64,000 bases of DNA from Patescibacteria group bacterium (GCA_039188945.1 JBCCYW010000002.1:26449-90448); one strand, 5' to 3'. Numbered from the stretch's first letter, positions 20,287 to 30,560 are shown. Notes: a model not told the origin generated them from the sequence alone. Numbers and translations are program-made.

Positions 20287-21108
20287 ATGTCACAAAAAAC
20301 GATTTTAATTACTGGCTCTTCAACTGGCATCGGCCGCGCTACTGCCCTGCATTTTCAGGAACAAGGCTGGAACGTGGTCGCTACCATGCGCTCACCAGAA
20401 AAAGAAGCAGAACTTACCAAGCTCGATAACGTCCTCGTTACCAAACTTGATGTCCAAGACGAAAGCACGATCGCCAGTGCTGTGAGTGAAACTATAGAAA
20501 AGTTTGGTCAGATTAATGTCTTGGTAAACAATGCTGGCTATGGTGCGATGGGTGCCCTGGAAGCGTTTGATATGGACGGTATTCGACGGCAATTCGATGT
20601 CAATGTCATCGGCCTATTGGCAGTCACCAAAGCAATTGTGCCGCACATGCGCGAACGTAAAGACGGCACCATCATCAACATCTCTTCCATTGGTGGCAAA
20701 ATGGCGTTCCCACTGCTTTCGCTCTACCATGGTACGAAGTTTGCAGTAGAAGGAATTTCTGAATCAATGGCCTATGAACTTGCTGAATTTGGGGTGAAGA
20801 TGAAGCTGGTTGAGCCTGGTGCGATCGCCACTGACTTCGGTAGCCGCTCAATGGATATGCAAAACGACGAATCACTCGAGGAGTACCAGCCGTTGGTCGG
20901 AAAAGTCGCCGGTGCTTTCCAAGCCATCTTAAGTGGTGGCGCTGCGCCAGCTTCAATTGTTGCCGAGACAATTTACGAAGCCGCGACTGATGGCACCAAT
21001 ACGCTGCGCTATCTGGTCGGCGAAGACGCCAAAGCCATCGCCGCCAACCGAGCCAGCCAAGATGATGCGGCCTTCACCACCGGCATTAAATCACAATTTA
21101 ATCTCTAA
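20287..21108 (+). CDS. Short-chain dehydrogenase/reductase
   Basis: TGSSTGIG, NNAG, YHGTK. Confidence 0.93.
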   Translation: MSQKTILITGSSTGIGRATALHFQEQGWNVVATMRSPEKEAELTKLDNVLVTKLDVQDESTIASAVSETIEKFGQINVLVNNAGYGAMGALEAFDMDGIRRQFDVNVIGLLAVTKAIVPHMRERKDGTIINISSIGGKMAFPLLSLYHGTKFAVEGISESMAYELAEFGVKMKLVEPGAIATDFGSRSMDMQNDESLEEYQPLVGKVAGAFQAILSGGAAPASIVAETIYEAATDGTNTLRYLVGEDAKAIAANRASQDDAAFTTGIKSQFNL

Positions 21109-21127
21109 AAAATGTACAAACCACTAG

Positions 21128-21487
21128 CTACTGTTTCTTGCAACACGTTCCGCGAACGGTCACTTCTAGTTCGCCGATTTCAAAACCATCGAGACCGAGC
21201 AACTCTTTAATCTTTTTATCCGGGGCATTAAAGTGCATTACTTTTTTACATTCACCACAAACCGCGTGGTGATGAGAAGCTGACTTTAGTTCGTATTGAG
21301 CCTCCTTACCGCCAAGCTGTAGTTTCTTCACCACGCCATCCTCGACAAACAACTCTAAGTTGCGATAGATTGTCGCCAAATCAATTTCGGGCAGTCGCTC
21401 ATGCAGCTGTGCCGCTGAAAGTGCGCAAATTTCTTGCTGCAGCAACGAAAGAATTTGTTCTCGCTTTTTACTATGTCGTCTAGTCAT
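21128..21487 (-). CDS. Fur/Zur-family regulator
   Basis: ATIYRNL, HHHAVCGEC, C-terminal CC. Confidence 0.9.
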   Translation of the reverse strand: MTRRHSKKREQILSLLQQEICALSAAQLHERLPEIDLATIYRNLELFVEDGVVKKLQLGGKEAQYELKSASHHHAVCGECKKVMHFNAPDKKIKELLGLDGFEIGELEVTVRGTCCKKQ

Positions 21488-21559
21488 AAATACGTGTATT
21501 TAGTATGAAAATGGTCCGCCGCCAGCTAGGTACGGCGGACCGAGGATTTGTGTGGCAGC

Positions 21560-22360
21560 TTACTCTACAGCCACAAGCTCAGCTTCTTCGCCGAGCAGGA
21601 AGCGACGGGCTTCCTCGGCGTGATGACCGAAGTCACCAAGCTTACGTTGCGCCACGATAGCTTCGGTTGAAGCTTCCGTAAAACGCAGGTAGCTCTTCAC
21701 TTCTGCCGAACCAAAGTCGGCAGAAGCGGCGAGAATTGCCGGTGGCACATCCCGGACAGAAATTCCGTCCCAAAGTGAGTTGCCAACCGTCAACACGTCA
21801 GCGTCGAAGAATCGACCCTTGCTCTCGCGAGTGTTGTAGTAGTCAGACTCGAAGAGAACATCCAGATCGTCAGTGGCAACTGCGATCTTACAACAGCTGC
21901 AACCAGCAACTATCTGAATGCCAAACTCCTGATCCAGCAAACGGTTGAGTTTGCGCATGCCAGCAGTACGCAGCGCCAGTTTCTCCATCGGACCATGCAG
22001 CAGCTCGGTTTCGTGGGTTTTTACCCGCATTACCCGGTCATGCTTTTTGGACCAGAAGAGGATGGACAACGGGTTGGCCGCCAGCTTGAAGCCAACGCCT
22101 CGAATCTTCGAGAACGAGCCCTCGAGATAGCGCTGCGTCAGCTCCGCGACACCGGCAACCTCCAAGAGGCGCGGTTCATTGAGAAGATCGCCGATTTTGG
22201 CAATCAAAGACTCGCCGACAAGCGGGCAGTACTTAGCCAGTACCTTGGCGTCATTCGGGACATAGTAGCCCCAAATTGTACGTGTTCCGTCCTCGTTGAG
22301 GGCGGGATTGGCCTTGGCAGCCGGTTGCAGTCGGTCGTAGAAGTCACAGACTTCGCACAT
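21560..22360 (-). CDS. Hypothetical GC-rich protein with Cys motifs (CEVC, CSCC)
   Basis: 266-aa ORF, SD GAGGTG, own terminator hairpin at ~21514-21541. Confidence 0.7.
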   Translation of the reverse strand: MCEVCDFYDRLQPAAKANPALNEDGTRTIWGYYVPNDAKVLAKYCPLVGESLIAKIGDLLNEPRLLEVAGVAELTQRYLEGSFSKIRGVGFKLAANPLSILFWSKKHDRVMRVKTHETELLHGPMEKLALRTAGMRKLNRLLDQEFGIQIVAGCSCCKIAVATDDLDVLFESDYYNTRESKGRFFDADVLTVGNSLWDGISVRDVPPAILAASADFGSAEVKSYLRFTEASTEAIVAQRKLGDFGHHAEEARRFLLGEEAELVAVE

Positions 22361-22463
22361 GGTTCACCTCACGGGTTTGATGGTTTGTTGGGTACGTGTT
22401 TTGACACTGTCATCAGTGTTGCAGGGGGCATTTCAAATGAAATAACCCCTGTGGCACCGACGA

Positions 22464-23312
22464 CTATACAGCTGCAAATTCCCGATTACGCTTGAACTTT
22501 TTTACAGTCCGTTCCAAGCGGTTATTCTTGTGAACCTCTATCGCCTTTGTAGAAATCATTTGCAATTCGTTGGCCCACTCCCCGACAACGGACGAAGGGT
22601 CTCGTTTAAGGCCAGTGCTTTCCATCAAAAACGCCGCTGGCTCAACTCCTAGTTTTGAATCAATGAAATCTTTATCTTCACTTGAAGTCACTTTATTCCC
22701 AACAAAAATGTACGGGGTTTCGTAGAAGTTCATCAACTCTGCGATCTGCTTGGCCGTCTTTACGCTATGAAGTGCTGGCTCACACACAATCACACCCACA
22801 TCGATACCAGTCACAATGCCAGTTGAAACACCGTCTGCACCAGCCTTTTCGTCTACGATCACAGTTTCGTTCTCCTGTAGCTCTAAGAGCGGTAGGAGGA
22901 TCTTAAGCGGAGTTGTGAGACTGTGACTGCAGTGCGTGCCATAGAGTACGCTATCTGTCTGAGGACCAGCAGCCATCAACCTAATACCATTTTCAAGCTC
23001 TCGAGAATAGTCTGCAATCTCATTTGATAGTGGTGACAAAGAAAAACGAGTATCTGTATTCTTAAGAAATGCCTGATCGTACTTCTCACCCTCTGAAAGT
23101 CCAGCCGCACTTTGCAGTGTGCTAAGGCTCTGACTAAAATACTTGAGCTCTAACAACTCGCCTGAGGTGAGGTTGTATGAAAGATCCATATTGTGATCAG
23201 CATCAATTGCCAGCACTGACTTTTTTTGGTCATTGAGAAAAAGCGCCATCTGTGTCGAAACAGATGATTTGCCACTTCCTCCTTTACCTAGAAATCCTAA
23301 AATCATAGTCAT
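22464..23312 (-). CDS. CooC/MinD-like ATPase (metal insertion)
   Basis: Deviant Walker A GKGGSGKS, IDADHN, HCSH, VGNK. Confidence 0.82.
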   Translation of the reverse strand: MTMILGFLGKGGSGKSSVSTQMALFLNDQKKSVLAIDADHNMDLSYNLTSGELLELKYFSQSLSTLQSAAGLSEGEKYDQAFLKNTDTRFSLSPLSNEIADYSRELENGIRLMAAGPQTDSVLYGTHCSHSLTTPLKILLPLLELQENETVIVDEKAGADGVSTGIVTGIDVGVIVCEPALHSVKTAKQIAELMNFYETPYIFVGNKVTSSEDKDFIDSKLGVEPAAFLMESTGLKRDPSSVVGEWANELQMISTKAIEVHKNNRLERTVKKFKRNREFAAV

Positions 23313-23315
23313 TCA

Positions 23316-24509
23316 CTACCACTCAGAAAACGGATCTTCAAACGTGCGCCACCCAGTTACCCCGAGCTGCCACTCTTCATCCGTCAGCAAACATTTGTTG
23401 AGACTTTCGGTAATTGCCTCTTTGTTCATATCAATGCCGATAAATACGAGTTCTTGGCGATGATCAAAGTACGGCGCTTGCCAATGTTTCTCAACTGCCT
23501 GTTGCTTGATCATGTCTGGCCATTGATTTGGGTCAATGATACCCCACCACCAACCAGCGGCGCGCAGCGACAGCAGTGTGCCAGCCAGCGAGAGATCACC
23601 GGCTTGCTCAAAGCGAGTCGCCAGCCAGAAGAGCCCCTTAGCCCGCACCACTGTCTTGGGAATACTTCCCGTCCACTCTTGAAAACGTTGTGGATGGAAC
23701 GGTCGATCAGCTTTGTAGACAAAACTATCAATACCGTACTCGAGCGTTTCTGGCACATGCTCGCCACGCAATTCCTTCAGCCACATCGGCGCGAGCGCCG
23801 CCTTTTCAAAATCAAATAGGCCAGTGTTCACGATCTTCTTGAGTGGCACCTCAGAATAATTAGTTTCGATGATCTCAGCGTCAGTATTGAGCGACTTAAT
23901 CACCCCAAGAATCTTCTGCTGTTCTGCTTCAGAAACATCAGCCACTTTGTTGAGAATAATGATGTTGGCAAACTCAATTTGATCAGTCAGGAGATTGACA
24001 ATATCTCGCTCGTCTTCTTCGCCGAGTGACTCACCTCGCTCTTGTAAGGTCTCGCGTGAGTTCCAGTTCTCCAAAAAATTCACGGCATCTACCACTGTCA
24101 CCATGGTGTCTAGCTTGGCAAAGTCTTTGAGAATATCACCGCTCTCATCATCAAACGTGAAGGTTTCTGCCACCTGCATTGGCTCACCAATTCCGGTTGA
24201 TTCAATAATCAAGTAATCAAACTTACCTTCCTGCGCAAGACGCTTTACCTCAATCAAAAGATCTTCGCGAAGTGTGCAACAAATACAGCCATTGCTCATC
24301 TCTACCAACTTTTCTTCAGTTCGGCTGAGCTCAGCGTCACCGCGTGCCACGATATCAGCGTCGATGTTGACCTCAGACATGTCGTTTACGATGACAGCTA
24401 CCTTAAGACCTTCGCGATTACGAAGGATGTGATTGAGTAAGGTCGTTTTACCACTACCGAGAAAGCCTGAGAGAACGGTTACTGGTAGTCGAGAATCGTT
24501 TGTTTCCAT
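23316..24509 (-). CDS. COG0523/CobW zinc metallochaperone GTPase (YciC/ZigA-like)
   Basis: [29 protein letters not shown]. Confidence 0.95.
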   Translation of the reverse strand: METNDSRLPVTVLSGFLGSGKTTLLNHILRNREGLKVAVIVNDMSEVNIDADIVARGDAELSRTEEKLVEMSNGCICCTLREDLLIEVKRLAQEGKFDYLIIESTGIGEPMQVAETFTFDDESGDILKDFAKLDTMVTVVDAVNFLENWNSRETLQERGESLGEEDERDIVNLLTDQIEFANIIILNKVADVSEAEQQKILGVIKSLNTDAEIIETNYSEVPLKKIVNTGLFDFEKAALAPMWLKELRGEHVPETLEYGIDSFVYKADRPFHPQRFQEWTGSIPKTVVRAKGLFWLATRFEQAGDLSLAGTLLSLRAAGWWWGIIDPNQWPDMIKQQAVEKHWQAPYFDHRQELVFIGIDMNKEAITESLNKCLLTDEEWQLGVTGWRTFEDPFSEW

Positions 24510-24556
24510 AGTTCAAAATATACGTGAGCCAAAATAATACCGCACCCCAGTAATAT

Positions 24557-24571
24557 TGCAAATCATTTGCA
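24557..24571. promoter_or_regulatory. Putative Zur/Fur operator
   Basis: Perfect 7-1-7 palindrome TGCAAAT-C-ATTTGCA upstream of the COG0523 gene. Confidence 0.7.
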
Positions 24572-24618
24572 TTTAGAAACACCTGGCTAAGTTCTTCCTT
24601 TTTGCTATAGTGCGAGTA

Positions 24619-25203
24619 ATGAATGAACATATTAAATTAGCGCTGGCGTTTGGAGCTGGCGTCGTGCTCACCCTGGTTTTTCTTTCCCTTACCAAAAGTG
24701 CCGAGGCACCATCTGAAGTAGATATTATTGAAGTAACCCAGACTGAAGAAGCTGATAGTGCAACAACATCTAATGAGGACGCTGCAGAGACAACCCAACA
24801 AAGTCCTACAGCCTTATCACCTACCCCAGCTCCTGTAGCTGCACCACCAGTAGTACAAGAAACCTATCCCACCAGTGCTTTAGTGCGTTTTACCGGACGG
24901 CAGTTTGAACCTGAGACCGTGCTCATTGTTGAAGGTGGGCGGGTGACCTTTCAAAACACCAGCGATGACGATTTGATGCATATTATTAGTGGTCCAATTC
25001 CTCGTTATGATGCCTATCCAGGCAACGGCCGCCCCGGCTGCGCCCCAACCTTGTTTGATCAGTGTAATTCAGTAGCTCCAGGTGGCACGTGGAGCTTTAC
25101 CTTTGATGAACTTGGTGGTTGGACCTACTACAACAAAGAGGATCAGGTGTTCTCAGGGCGAGTCCGTGTTCTCACTCGCGAGCAATTCGATAATGAGTTT
25201 TAG
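24619..25203 (+). CDS. Membrane-anchored cupredoxin-like protein
   Basis: FEPETV..GGRVTFQN and PGGTWSFTF..GGWTYYN; canonical Cu ligands not evident. Confidence 0.75.
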   Translation: MNEHIKLALAFGAGVVLTLVFLSLTKSAEAPSEVDIIEVTQTEEADSATTSNEDAAETTQQSPTALSPTPAPVAAPPVVQETYPTSALVRFTGRQFEPETVLIVEGGRVTFQNTSDDDLMHIISGPIPRYDAYPGNGRPGCAPTLFDQCNSVAPGGTWSFTFDELGGWTYYNKEDQVFSGRVRVLTREQFDNEF

Positions 25204-25260
25204 AACGAAATAAGCCCCACTGCTGTGGGACTTATTGTTCGCATAATCTACCAGTTGAGC

Positions 25261-25521
25261 CTACTTGCTTGAGTCGCCCTGTAGCAGCTTAAGCAATTGA
25301 TTGAGAGTCATTTCTCCTGACAAATCTGCAGCTTCTGGTGGATTTTCGATGACACCAGCATTCTCAATCGCAGTTGCGATATCAAAGAAGTCTGCATCAT
25401 CTAGATCCAACTCAGCAAAGGTTTTGTCGGCGTCACCTCGCTTAAGCTCCTTTTCTGCAGGCAAGGCTTTATTGATGGTTTCAAGCAACCAATTCAGGCT
25501 GATTTCGACAAGCTGTGTCAC
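25261..25521 (-). CDS. Acyl-carrier-protein-like protein lacking the phosphopantetheine Ser
   Basis: FAELDLDDADFFDIATAIE aligns with ACP F.dLGlDSld..el...lE; SD AAAAGGAG. Confidence 0.6.
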   Translation of the reverse strand: MTQLVEISLNWLLETINKALPAEKELKRGDADKTFAELDLDDADFFDIATAIENAGVIENPPEAADLSGEMTLNQLLKLLQGDSSK

Positions 25522-25571
25522 GCTGTTCTCCTTTTGAATCTATTCCGTTCTGTATCGTATCAAATAAAAAA

Positions 25572-26717
25572 TTATTTGATAGCATTCGCCACCTTCTTCA
25601 CCAAGCCCGGGGCATTGTTGGTTGGGATGATGGTATTCTCGTCTGGTTTTTTAATCATCCCCGCAATCTGCTCGGCCGCCTTCAATTTCATCTTATCGGT
25701 GATTTTGATGACCTTATTATCGAGGGCACCCCGGAAAATACCTGGGAACGCGAGTGAGTTATTCACTTGATTAGGAAAATCTGAGCGTCCAGTCGCCACA
25801 ATGCGAGCACCGGCGCGCTTCGCGACATCAGGCATGATCTCGGGAATCGGATTGGCCAGGGCAAACACAATACTATCGGGAGCCAATCGTTCGATATGAG
25901 CCGGCGCAATTGTACCCGGGCCTGATACACCGATGAGCACATCGGCGCCCTCAACAATTGCTTGGACATCTCCCTTTATCTTGTGTGGGTTGGTGATGGC
26001 GGCGAGGTCTTTTTTGTAGCCAGAGAGGCCCGGGCGGCCGGCATAGATGGCCCCTTTACTGTCTGACACAATGATTTCTTTAATACCAGCCTCACGCATC
26101 AGAAGCGTGACCGCTCGGCCGGCCGCCCCAGCCCCTACCACCACAACTCGTAGTTTCTTGAGCGGTTTTTTTACGACCTTGGCAGCATTTATAAGTCCGG
26201 CTAAGACCACGATTGCCGTCCCATGCTGATCATCATGCATCACCGGGATAGCAAGCTCAGCCTTCAAGCGCTCTTCAATCGTAAAACACTTCGGCGCCGC
26301 AATATCTTCTAGGTTGATCCCACCAAACCCTGGCGCAATTGCTTTTACCGCAGCGACAATCTCGTCTTCTGTATGCGCATCGAGCACAATTGGCCACGCA
26401 TCAATATCGGCCAGCTCCTTAAAAATCGCCGCCTTTCCTTCCATCACGGGCATCGCCCCTAAGGGACCGATATCACCGAGCCCCAGCACCGCCGAACCAT
26501 CAGACACCACCGCCACCGTATTGCCTTTAGTGGTATAGGTACGAGCGTCTTGCGGCTTCTTAGCAACATGCGAAGACACCGCGGCTACACCAGGTGTGTA
26601 CATGGTGCTCCAGTCGGTTTTGGTCACCAGTCTACCTTTACTCTTCACCTCAATCTTGCCGCGGTGTTTTTTATGCAACTTCAATGCCAGTTCGTTATAG
26701 TTTGGTTTTTTTGCCAT
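25572..26717 (-). CDS. NAD(P)-dependent malic enzyme
   Basis: YTPGVA, DGSAVLGLG, NLEDI, HDDQHGTA, GAGAAG, ANP. Confidence 0.95.
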   Translation of the reverse strand: MAKKPNYNELALKLHKKHRGKIEVKSKGRLVTKTDWSTMYTPGVAAVSSHVAKKPQDARTYTTKGNTVAVVSDGSAVLGLGDIGPLGAMPVMEGKAAIFKELADIDAWPIVLDAHTEDEIVAAVKAIAPGFGGINLEDIAAPKCFTIEERLKAELAIPVMHDDQHGTAIVVLAGLINAAKVVKKPLKKLRVVVVGAGAAGRAVTLLMREAGIKEIIVSDSKGAIYAGRPGLSGYKKDLAAITNPHKIKGDVQAIVEGADVLIGVSGPGTIAPAHIERLAPDSIVFALANPIPEIMPDVAKRAGARIVATGRSDFPNQVNNSLAFPGIFRGALDNKVIKITDKMKLKAAEQIAGMIKKPDENTIIPTNNAPGLVKKVANAIK

Positions 26718-26817
26718 ATGTTTTATGAAAATGTATTACCTTATTTGCTACGCATTAATCGCCACAATAATACACGAGGGCCGCGGCGAATGCTCACCAC
26801 GGCCCTGCCGCACCATC

Positions 26818-27129
26818 TCATGAGTCCGGACTAACATACTCAATAACATCGCCCACTGTCTTGAGTCTTTCTGTATCCTCAAGCGTGATGTCAATGTCGC
26901 ACTGTTTCTCCAACTCCATCACAAAATTTAAGAATGCAGTTGAATCAATCCCAAGATCATCTGTGAAGCTGTGTCCAGCCAGAGACCCTTTTTCATCACT
27001 GCCACTTTGAGACCTCTCGATCTGCATTCTCACTCTTTTCTGTATCCCTGGATGCAGGGAAAGCGACTCAAGCAAGGCTCGCAAGACAAAGTTTTCGTCA
27101 CGCCCAACCTCTTGGTGTGCCACTACCAT
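26818..27129 (-). CDS. Acyl carrier protein-like
   Basis: DDLGIDS...MELEK..IDI..E..E.LKTVGDVIEYV; SD AAAAGGAG. Confidence 0.8.
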   Translation of the reverse strand: MVVAHQEVGRDENFVLRALLESLSLHPGIQKRVRMQIERSQSGSDEKGSLAGHSFTDDLGIDSTAFLNFVMELEKQCDIDITLEDTERLKTVGDVIEYVSPDS

Positions 27130-27294
27130 GTTTCTCTCCTTTTGACTGGCTTGGTTTTTATTCGATTATTCCAGAGACAACAATATCAAAAAATTGTCAA
27201 ATGTACAGAGGTATTAATAAACCCCGCGAACGTGGGTTCTAGCGGGGTGGTTGGGGGTCGGCACATGGCCGCCCCCTGATGTGTCGACCTTGAC

Positions 27295-27432
27295 CTAGCG
27301 TTCGTGCCGGCTGCCGGTCGCGATGTCCTGATCCGCGACGTTGAAGTTGTTCGTCAGAGCGGTTGCAGCGCCACACATCTCGCCCGGGTCGCAGCAGGTC
27401 GCCATCATCGCCGTTTTCATATTCCGTTCCAT
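27295..27432 (-). CDS. Small GC-rich peptide (45 aa) with structured leader
   Basis: SD GAGGAG before ATG at 27432; two GC hairpins downstream (~27221-27277). Confidence 0.45.
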   Translation of the reverse strand: MERNMKTAMMATCCDPGEMCGAATALTNNFNVADQDIATGSRHER

Positions 27433-27615
27433 CTTCTTCTCCTCAAGATCCTGGGCCACTCTGTGACCCTTTCGCGTTCCGGCCCCAAAATCGGGCCGTC
27501 CTTGCACTATAGCCTGCCTCCCAAAACACACAACCCTCTTTCTATGGTCTGGTTTGAATAGTAATGATTTTAAGGATTTGTCAAATTTTGTCCCAAACAG
27601 TAGTGGCCCGATGTT

Positions 27616-27849
27616 TTAAACATCGGGCCGCAGGTTAATTTGAGGCAGTTGGAGGCGAACATAGGCAGGAAACAAACCGTCCCAGCTAGCGACGCGGTCG
27701 CTTTCATCAACTTCAGCTGTAGTGTTGGGCGCACTCCGCATCCTCGCGCGAATGTAGTCACCAACAAGACTTCTGTTAGTTGCTACCAAAATCATTCTCC
27801 CTGTCTCAGAGCATCGAACGTAAAGTTCGAAAAAACGTGTATTTCTCAT
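27616..27849 (-). CDS. Small hypothetical protein
   Basis: 77-aa ORF, SD AAAGGGAG, hairpin GGCCCGATGTT-TT-AAACATCGGGCC over the stop codon. Confidence 0.55.
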   Translation of the reverse strand: MRNTRFFELYVRCSETGRMILVATNRSLVGDYIRARMRSAPNTTAEVDESDRVASWDGLFPAYVRLQLPQINLRPDV

Positions 27850-27925
27850 CTGATTTCTCCCTTTTCTTCTTTCAACGTAACGACTTATAGCCTAAAAGTA
27901 AAGCTTTTTGTTACTATTACTCAAC

Positions 27926-30130
27926 ATGAAACCCTACCACCAACTGTCAGACCATTTCCGAATTGATGCCCCGCACCAAAAAGCGCTCAAGCGCTTAGGA
28001 ATTAAGACAGTCGAAGATTTGCTCTACCACTTGCCTGCTCGGTATGAAGATATTACTGATGTGCAATCGGTGGCGGGTTTGGAGAAAGGTCGGGAAGCGG
28101 TAGTGTATGGGCAACTCTCGGGCTTAAAAAGCAGGAAGGCGTGGCAGAGCCGGCGGCCAATTGCCGAAGGCTATATTGAGGACGGCTCCGCCAAAATAAA
28201 AGTAATGTGGTTTAACCAGCCGTATCTGGCGAAGATGTATGTCGATGGGATGTATGTCAAAGTAGCTGGGAAAGTGACCGGTAGTGAGGGCAAGCTGTAC
28301 ATTGCTAACCCAGAAGTAGAGAAACTTGACTCTCTGCCGGTCGATCGCCACGACTCAATTTTTAAAGGGAGTAACACCGAACAAGACGACACCCTCTACC
28401 CGGTCTACCGCGAAACGAAAGGAGTGACGAGTAAGTGGTTCTATCACACAGCGTTGAAGTGCTTTGAGAAAGGTGTTTTGGAGCACTTGCACGACCCAAT
28501 TCCAGAATCAATTCTGAAAAAATACAAGCTCCCGGTCCTCTCCACTGCTCTGGTATGGATCCACTCGCCCAAAAAAGCTAGTGACGCCGAAGCGGCCCGC
28601 AAGCGCTTTGCGTTTGAAGAGGTGTTTTATATTCAAGTCCAGAAAGCGATGGAACGCGCAGCGGTAAGCGCAGCCACCACCTACCAATTTAAAACTACGA
28701 AAAGCCATGTTAAGGAATTCACCGATCGCTTCCCCTTCAAGCTCACCAAAGCCCAAAGTGACGCAGTATCGGCGATCTTGAAAGATTTCAACGGCAACCA
28801 TGCGATGGGTCGTCTCTTGGAGGGTGATGTTGGTAGCGGGAAGACGGCGGTCGCGGCGACGACTGCGTATGCCGTCGCCACGTCGCGACCGCCAGAAGGG
28901 ACAAAGAGCGCGGGGCGCTCTTTGTCGAAAGCAGACGTTGACTGGGGCAATCTGCAAGTAGCGTACATGGCTCCAACCGAAATTCTCGCCAAGCAGCACT
29001 TCGAGAGCTTCATCGAATACTTTCACCACCTCCCGATTCAAATCGGTCTCATCACTGGTTCGGGTTGTCAAAAGTTTCCGAGCAAAGTCGATCCAACCAA
29101 ACCAACCAATATCTCGAGAGCCCAACTCCTAAAGTGGGTGAAAAATGGTGAAATCCCGATTCTCATTGGTACGCACGCCCTTATCTATAAGTCGGTAGAA
29201 TTTAAGCATCTCGCGCACGTCATTATTGACGAACAGCATCGCTTTGGTACCAACCAACGCAAGGCTTTGGCCAAGAAAGATGCTCGTATGCCACACCTTC
29301 TCTCCATGACTGCCACCCCAATTCCCCGCACCCTGGCTCTTACCATTTATGGTGACCTCGACATTACCCTCCTCGATCAGATGCCGGCCGGCCGCAAACC
29401 TGTCATAACAAAAGTAATCGGCCCAGGTCAAAGTAAAGAAATGTACGAACACGTACGAGGTGAACTTGCGGCCGGCCGTCAAGCCTATGTGATTTGTCCA
29501 CGTATCGACGAGCCCGACCCAGACAAAGCTTCGGCCTTGCGATTGAAGTCGGTCAAGGCCGAAGCTAAACGTTTGCAAGAAAAAGAGTTTCAAGACTACA
29601 AAGTAGGCATTCTACACGGCAAGATGAAACCAAACGAAAAAGACAAAGTGATGGAGGAATTTAATGATCACAAGTTTGATGTGCTTGTCGCAACCAGTGT
29701 CGTCGAAGTCGGAGTGAACGTGCCAAACGCCACTAATATTATTATCGAAGGCGCCGAGCGCTTTGGTCTCTCCCAATTACACCAACTGCGCGGTCGCGTG
29801 ATTCGTGGTACCCACCAGCCATATTGTTTTGCGGTCACTGATAGTAAAAGTGAAAAAACCAAAGAACGCCTCTCAGCGCTCTCGACTGCCAAAAATGGTT
29901 TTGAACTGGCGGAACATGACCTGCAGTTCCGCGGCTCTGGCGAACTGTATGGCGCTAAGCAATCAGGCCTCACTGACCTTGGAATGGAAGCGATTAAAAA
30001 TTTGAAGTTAGTAGAAGCCGCCCGCAACGAAGCAAGGGATTTAGTGGAAGCTCACCCAGACCTCAACAAAAACTTCCCTCTCATATATGAAAAAGTTGCC
30101 AAAATCGGCGAGACGTTACATATGGAGTAA
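27926..30130 (+). CDS. recG: ATP-dependent DNA helicase RecG
   Basis: GDVGSGKT, IIDEQHRFG, MTATPIPRT, QLRGRV, RGSGELYG. Confidence 0.97.
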   Translation: MKPYHQLSDHFRIDAPHQKALKRLGIKTVEDLLYHLPARYEDITDVQSVAGLEKGREAVVYGQLSGLKSRKAWQSRRPIAEGYIEDGSAKIKVMWFNQPYLAKMYVDGMYVKVAGKVTGSEGKLYIANPEVEKLDSLPVDRHDSIFKGSNTEQDDTLYPVYRETKGVTSKWFYHTALKCFEKGVLEHLHDPIPESILKKYKLPVLSTALVWIHSPKKASDAEAARKRFAFEEVFYIQVQKAMERAAVSAATTYQFKTTKSHVKEFTDRFPFKLTKAQSDAVSAILKDFNGNHAMGRLLEGDVGSGKTAVAATTAYAVATSRPPEGTKSAGRSLSKADVDWGNLQVAYMAPTEILAKQHFESFIEYFHHLPIQIGLITGSGCQKFPSKVDPTKPTNISRAQLLKWVKNGEIPILIGTHALIYKSVEFKHLAHVIIDEQHRFGTNQRKALAKKDARMPHLLSMTATPIPRTLALTIYGDLDITLLDQMPAGRKPVITKVIGPGQSKEMYEHVRGELAAGRQAYVICPRIDEPDPDKASALRLKSVKAEAKRLQEKEFQDYKVGILHGKMKPNEKDKVMEEFNDHKFDVLVATSVVEVGVNVPNATNIIIEGAERFGLSQLHQLRGRVIRGTHQPYCFAVTDSKSEKTKERLSALSTAKNGFELAEHDLQFRGSGELYGAKQSGLTDLGMEAIKNLKLVEAARNEARDLVEAHPDLNKNFPLIYEKVAKIGETLHME

Positions 30131-30560
30131 TGCACGAGATTGGCCTGGTCGCAAAGAGCGCCAGGCCAGGTTGGGTCGGGGATATGTTCAGTCCCCGGCT
30201 TAGATTTACTTCTCAGCTTCACAGCGATTCGCTCCCATTAAGGGTTATGAAACTGGTCAAATCCTTGAGATGAGCCTAAAAGGCTGGATCACCTCCGTTT
30301 TGTGTCGTCATGTAAAGATCGGAAATTGCGGGGGCTCAAGGCCAAAAACTCTTTGTTCAGGATGTTTTCTCCTCTTTTTTATGAGTGCCAATCGCACTCA
30401 ATTTCTTTGTACCATGGAGAAATGCAGTCGACAACCCACCCTGTGCTTAACAAAAGACAATACTGATACAGCAAGTCAACTGTTTGAGGAATAGTGCCCT
30501 GCGCGGTATAGTTTCCCCACTATCAGCCGCCCTTAGCTCAGTTGGTAGTAGCGCGAAGCT

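Noticed and set aside
30282-30296. 16S rRNA gene or fragment
   Set aside because: Only 15 nt match and the flanks are not rRNA-like; reported as an extended SD/anti-SD motif instead
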